Source: Longimicrobiales bacterium (GTDB lineage Bacteria; Gemmatimonadota; Gemmatimonadetes; Longimicrobiales; Gaopeijiaceae). From it: a stretch of DNA of 64,000 bases. Below the pieces are notes generated by a model, which was given only the letters and a program-made list of their open reading frames with translations, searched no databases and was not told the origin of the DNA. A program made the translations under genes and the position numbers. The DNA is taken from positions 2,592,001-2,656,000 of the forward strand of contig OZ250165.1 in assembly GCA_965238005.1 (NCBI GenBank). The letters are read 5' to 3'. The first letter of the stretch is position 1, and every line of letters begins with the position of its first letter. This document shows, piece after piece, positions 59,789 through 64,000 of this stretch.

Positions 59789-60904
59789 ATGTCGATCATT
59801 GATCTGGATAAGGTAGAAAAGCGCTATTGGCCCGGGCCCGTCGAGGCTCTGGTCAATGTGTCGATGGACGTTCGGCAGGGCGAGATCCTCACGCTCCTGG
59901 GCCCGAGCGGGTGCGGCAAGACCACCACGCTCCGGCTCATCGCCGGCTTCGAGGCGCCTGACGAGGGTGAGATTAGGATTCTGGATAGGTCCGTAGCAGG
60001 CGACGGAGACTGGGTGCCGCCGGAGGATCGCGGCGTCGGGATGGTCTTTCAGGATTACGCCCTCTTCCCCCACCTCACCGTGGGCGAGAACGTCATGTTC
60101 GGGCTCCACGCCCGGCAGGCGTCCGACCGGCCTCGCCGCGCCCGGGAAGTGCTCGACCTTCTGGACCTGTCCCATCACTTCGACCGCTACCCACACGAGC
60201 TCTCTGGCGGGCAGCAGCAGCGAGTGGCTCTGGCGAGAGCCATCGCCCCGGAGCCTGTCGTCGTCCTCATGGACGAGCCCTTCAGCAATCTGGACGCCCA
60301 CCTGCGGGACAACGTGCGGGACGAGGTGGTGGGGAGCCTTCGGTCGGCCGGCGTTACGTGCGTGCTGGTGAGCCACGACCAGCGCGACGCCCTGGCCATC
60401 TCGGATCGGGTAGCGGTCATGAACCAGGGGAGGATTGAGCAGATCGGGACGCCACAGGAGATCTACAAGCACCCGGAGTCCATCTTCGTGGCGACCTTCG
60501 TGGGCCGGACAAACCTCCTGCAGGGCCTGATCCAGGGCGTCGACGGGTGCGTGCTCACCGACTTCGGATCCTTCTGCCGTGTGGACCGATCCGGCCTGCC
60601 GGACGGTGCGCCGGTCATGGTGGCCGTGAGGCCCGAGGGTTTCGAGCCTTCCGAGCACGGAATGCTCCGGGGCGCGATCACCTCCACGACGTATACGGGG
60701 AGCAACGTCGAGGCCCAGGTGGAGATTCCCACGAACGCCGGAGGCCACCGGACGCTCACGGTGCACTTGCCCACTAACCAGTCCTACTCGACCGGTGACA
60801 CCATCCGCCTGGCCCTCGACCCGGACTATGCCTCCGTGGTGCGCAATTCGTGCGAGGCCTTGGGCTTCAGTCGGGTTCCGGCGCCATCACCGCCGCCGGC
60901 CTGA
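59789..60904 (+). CDS. ABC transporter ATP-binding subunit, Fe3+/polyamine (FbpC/PotA-like) with TOBE domain
   Basis: GPSGCGKT, VPPEDRGVGMVFQDYALFPH, LSGGQQQR and DEPFSNLD. Confidence 0.9.
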   Translation: MSIIDLDKVEKRYWPGPVEALVNVSMDVRQGEILTLLGPSGCGKTTTLRLIAGFEAPDEGEIRILDRSVAGDGDWVPPEDRGVGMVFQDYALFPHLTVGENVMFGLHARQASDRPRRAREVLDLLDLSHHFDRYPHELSGGQQQRVALARAIAPEPVVVLMDEPFSNLDAHLRDNVRDEVVGSLRSAGVTCVLVSHDQRDALAISDRVAVMNQGRIEQIGTPQEIYKHPESIFVATFVGRTNLLQGLIQGVDGCVLTDFGSFCRVDRSGLPDGAPVMVAVRPEGFEPSEHGMLRGAITSTTYTGSNVEAQVEIPTNAGGHRTLTVHLPTNQSYSTGDTIRLALDPDYASVVRNSCEALGFSRVPAPSPPPA

Positions 60905-60930
60905 TTCTCAGGTCGATCCCCAGAGGATCG

Positions 60931-62706
60931 TCAGGCAGTCCTGGTCTCTCGATGAAGAGGTAGCACGAAGGAGAACGTGCTCCCCTCTCCCACCTCGGTG
61001 TCCACCTGGACCTGGGCGCCATGGGCCGCCAGGATCCCCTCAACGATAGCGAGGCCCAGACCGGCACCGCCCCCTCCGGAACGGTGGCCCTTCCAGAAAC
61101 GGTCGAAGAGGTGCTCGCGCATCTCGGGCTCGATACCGGGGCCCGTATCCTTCACGGCCACGAGAACACCTCCCTCGGCGCCAGAAGCGGAGACCGTGAC
61201 CTTCCCCCCGTCGGGCGTGAACCTCAGAGCGTTCACGATGAGGTTCGACATCACTTGAAGGATGCGATCGCGATCCGCCTCCACCCGCGGTAGCTCTGGA
61301 TCGATCTCCCCGCACAGGCGGACGGCCTCCTCATCGGCTCGCGAGCGGGCCGACGCCACGGCTTCCTCGAGCATCTCGATCGTCTCTACCGGCTTCTGCC
61401 AAACAGAGAGCCGTCCGGCCTCGATCTGCGCCACATCCAAGAGGTCCTGGATCATGCGGTTGATCCGGTCCGCGGCTCTCTGGATGATGTCGAGGTGCTC
61501 ACTCCGCTGCTCCGACGGAAGCGGCACGTCGGCGAGGAGCTCGGCAGCGGCCGCAATCGTTCCCACGGGATTCCTGAGGTCGTGCGAAACCACGGCCAGC
61601 ACCTCGTCCCGGGCTCGGACGGCTTCACGCAGCGCCTGCTCGGCTTCGCGAATCTCAGTCATGTCGGTCATCGTCAACACGACCCCTCGGACCTCCAGCC
61701 CGTCCGTCATAGGGCTGACGCTGAGTTGCACGGGGAAGGACGACCCGTCCTTGCGCCAGATGACGTCATCCAGGACGCGGACAGTTTCGCCCGTCGCCAG
61801 AGATGTCCGGACGGGGCATTCCTCTTCGGGGTGAGGGGTCCCGTCGGGCCGCGTGTGGTGGATCAGCGAGTGGATCGGCCGACCCCGCAGCTCCCTCGGC
61901 GTGTATCCCAGCAGCTCGGTGCCGGCCTCGTTCAGGAAGGTACAGTGGCCATCCAGGTCGAGGCCTACGAGCACATCGCCCGTCCCTCTCAGGACCGCAC
62001 GGAGCTCTCGACGAGCCGCCACCGTCTCCTGGCGTCGTCGGGTCTCGTTCCGAACCAGCTCCTGCAGCCGAAAGCCCACGATCCCCATGGCCGCCGCCCC
62101 CACGATGGCCAGGGCGATGGTGCCGATGGTGACCCAGACTTGAATGAGGGTCTGCCGATCCAATCTGATAGCCGTCGATGCGGCGTCACGGATCAGACGG
62201 TCCTCGAATGCCCGCGTCTCCGCGCGGACGGCCTCGTAACGGGCCCGATCGTCGTCCAGTCTCTCTCCGAAGTCCTGTGGACGGATGCCGATTGCCCCAC
62301 CCTCCATGAGAGGCGCGTGAAGCACTTGCCATTCGCTGATGCGCATCTCGAGCTGACTGAGCTCACGGAGGTAGGAGAACGACGAGGGCATCTCTCCGAT
62401 CACCTGCTGCAGCTCGTCCAGCCGCGCGGTCTCCCTTTCGAGATCTTCCCGATAGAGGCTCAGGTACGTCGAATCACCCGTGGCCACATATTGCTCCACG
62501 CGCATCATCTGATTGGAGTGGGAGAGGGCGATCTCGGGGATCAAGGGCCGGGCCTCGGTGAAAATGTCGATGTCCCGTCTGAGATCGGCCTGCTGGCGCT
62601 CGAGGAACCACGGAATCAAGGCCAGGGAGAGCAGGGCAGCGAAGGACACTCCCAGAAAGAGGATCCATCCTGACCGCGCTACCCGCGGCTCGCTGCTAGA
62701 GGCCAT
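60931..62706 (-). CDS. Membrane-bound PAS sensor histidine kinase
   Basis: Two TM helices with a helical periplasmic domain; PAS (IHHTRPDG..EECP); SHDLRNP; NALRF, DTGPG and GAGLGLAI. Confidence 0.93.
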   Translation of the reverse strand: MASSSEPRVARSGWILFLGVSFAALLSLALIPWFLERQQADLRRDIDIFTEARPLIPEIALSHSNQMMRVEQYVATGDSTYLSLYREDLERETARLDELQQVIGEMPSSFSYLRELSQLEMRISEWQVLHAPLMEGGAIGIRPQDFGERLDDDRARYEAVRAETRAFEDRLIRDAASTAIRLDRQTLIQVWVTIGTIALAIVGAAAMGIVGFRLQELVRNETRRRQETVAARRELRAVLRGTGDVLVGLDLDGHCTFLNEAGTELLGYTPRELRGRPIHSLIHHTRPDGTPHPEEECPVRTSLATGETVRVLDDVIWRKDGSSFPVQLSVSPMTDGLEVRGVVLTMTDMTEIREAEQALREAVRARDEVLAVVSHDLRNPVGTIAAAAELLADVPLPSEQRSEHLDIIQRAADRINRMIQDLLDVAQIEAGRLSVWQKPVETIEMLEEAVASARSRADEEAVRLCGEIDPELPRVEADRDRILQVMSNLIVNALRFTPDGGKVTVSASGAEGGVLVAVKDTGPGIEPEMREHLFDRFWKGHRSGGGGAGLGLAIVEGILAAHGAQVQVDTEVGEGSTFSFVLPLHRETRTA

Positions 62707-62775
62707 CGATGCCTTTCCTCACGGAGCCGGGCCCTCTCCGTCAATCGCGAGGGCGCACGAAACCTGCTCGCGACC

Positions 62776-62842
62776 CTAGTGTCCCGTTACCAAAGTGTCT
62801 CGGCCAGTCGAGGGCACGGTGCATCCGTGTACGGAACCCTAG
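62776..62842. mobile_element. MITE-like element flanked by CTAG
   Basis: CTAGTGTCCCGTTACCAAAGTGTCT...TACGGAACCCTAG. Confidence 0.65.
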
Positions 62843-62945
62843 ACGAGTGCACGAACCTACGCCGCTTGCACAAAGTGAGCACCTGTTATGTGAGTGGTAG
62901 ACACCCCGGAGTGTTCCACGGGACGGATCTGGTCGTCGGCCACCC

Positions 62946-63494
62946 TCAGAGAAGAGCATCCTCGACCAGGTCCGCCAGCCGCTCCGAGAGATCCAGCGCG
63001 TTCAGGTCCAGCACGGGGATCGGCACTTGGAGGTCGACGGCGTCGGTGACCAACGCCAGATAGAGCCCCGCCCCATTCCCGTCGATGCGGTAGATCGGCT
63101 CAGGGTGGGCGTCGGGGCGGTGGACCTCGATCTTCGGGATGGCGGCCTTCTTGTACCCCTCCACCACGACGATCTCGGCGTCGGAGACGAAGCGGTCCAC
63201 GACCTCCTCCAGGGTGGGCTCCCCGCCGGGACCCCACTCCCCCATCACCACCAAGTCCTCGGGTCCGACGAGAACGACACGGCGGGCCCGGCCCTCGTGT
63301 CGAAGCCGCCACGAGTCGGTCCCGGGCTTGTCGATGTCGAAGCCGTGGCCGTGCTTGATCACCATGACCCTCCGCCCTCGTCGCTGCAGGGCCGCCACGA
63401 GGCCCACGGCCACAGACGTCTTGCCGCTGTCCTTGAGCCCGATGACGCTAACAATGGGCGGGCGGGCCTCCCCCTCCCCCGGATTCGTCGTCAT
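62946..63494 (-). CDS. mobB: Molybdopterin-guanine dinucleotide biosynthesis protein MobB
   Basis: GLKDSGKT, IKHGHGFDIDKPGTDS and VEGYK. Confidence 0.93.
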   Translation of the reverse strand: MTTNPGEGEARPPIVSVIGLKDSGKTSVAVGLVAALQRRGRRVMVIKHGHGFDIDKPGTDSWRLRHEGRARRVVLVGPEDLVVMGEWGPGGEPTLEEVVDRFVSDAEIVVVEGYKKAAIPKIEVHRPDAHPEPIYRIDGNGAGLYLALVTDAVDLQVPIPVLDLNALDLSERLADLVEDALL

Positions 63495-64000
63495 CGCCCG
63501 CTCCGGATCGCTGCGGCAAGCAGCTCGGCAGCTCGGGCCCCGTCGTCCTCGGTGTTGACGTTCCAGAAGGCGATCTCCGGGTCCACGACGGTGGCGACCT
63601 CGACCAGACTCACCTGCACGGCCTCGATGGCCGCCAGGAGCCCGTGCAACGAGCGGTCATCGGAGTGGAGCCGCTCTCGGATCTCGGGGAGACAAGCGGC
63701 CCTGTAGAGCGCGCAAAGGGGTTGGAGTCCATCGGGCCCCACGGGGGCCACCGCGGCCGCCGCGCCCCCAGAATCGATCACGAGACGGATCAGGTCCGCG
63801 CTCACGAGGGGCATGTCGCACCCCAGCAGGAAGACCCCATCCTCGCCACGCTCCCGCGCCCACTCCAGGGCGGTCCAAAGACCACCGAGGGGTCCCAGGC
63901 CCGGCTCCAGGTCTGGGCGAGTCGGAACCCGCAGCGCGGCCTCGATCTCCTCGTCCGGCGCAACGATCCCCACCGGAAGGTGCGCAGAGCGGAGGGCTTC
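63491..64000 (-). CDS. mobA: Molybdenum cofactor guanylyltransferase, 5'-truncated by the window edge
   Basis: GPLGG, GCDMP, QPLCALY and NVNTED. Confidence 0.9.
   Translation of the reverse strand, partial: EALRSAHLPVGIVAPDEEIEAALRVPTRPDLEPGLGPLGGLWTALEWARERGEDGVFLLGCDMPLVSADLIRLVIDSGGAAAAVAPVGPDGLQPLCALYRAACLPEIRERLHSDDRSLHGLLAAIEAVQVSLVEVATVVDPEIAFWNVNTEDDGARAAELLAAAIRSGR

Overview
High-GC bacterial chromosomal segment. The gene order resembles Gemmatimonadota, but that taxonomy is my inference and was not searched. Most of the window is core housekeeping: pssA-purS-purQ-purL-purF-add; fbp; a minus-strand run alr-cdd-lipoprotein-OM barrel-mtaB-miaB-LapA-like-comEC; mazG; asnS-recG-ftsY; a dcw cluster (mraZ to ftsZ, with no murB or ddl); glpQ-like and glpD; two sensor kinases; mobA/mobB. 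There are two accessory patches. (i) 6.4-14.7 kb holds a hicB remnant and a ~1050-codon, nearly lysine-free S-layer-like lipoprotein gene. That gene has a near-consensus sigma-54 promoter and one in-frame TAA in the loop of a 7-bp inverted repeat. The patch also has an IS256 (8-bp TSD, Asp at the third catalytic position, hairpin over the RBS) and a DUF222/HNH gene with four in-frame micro-duplications. (ii) 25.2-27.4 kb holds a frameshifted putative outer-membrane gene and an msrP with TGA at a conserved Trp. A dispersed family of short CTAGTGT...ACACTAG MITE-like elements has 4 copies. I saw no rRNA, tRNA or CRISPR array. The three single-base lesions could be assembly errors and need read-level checking.
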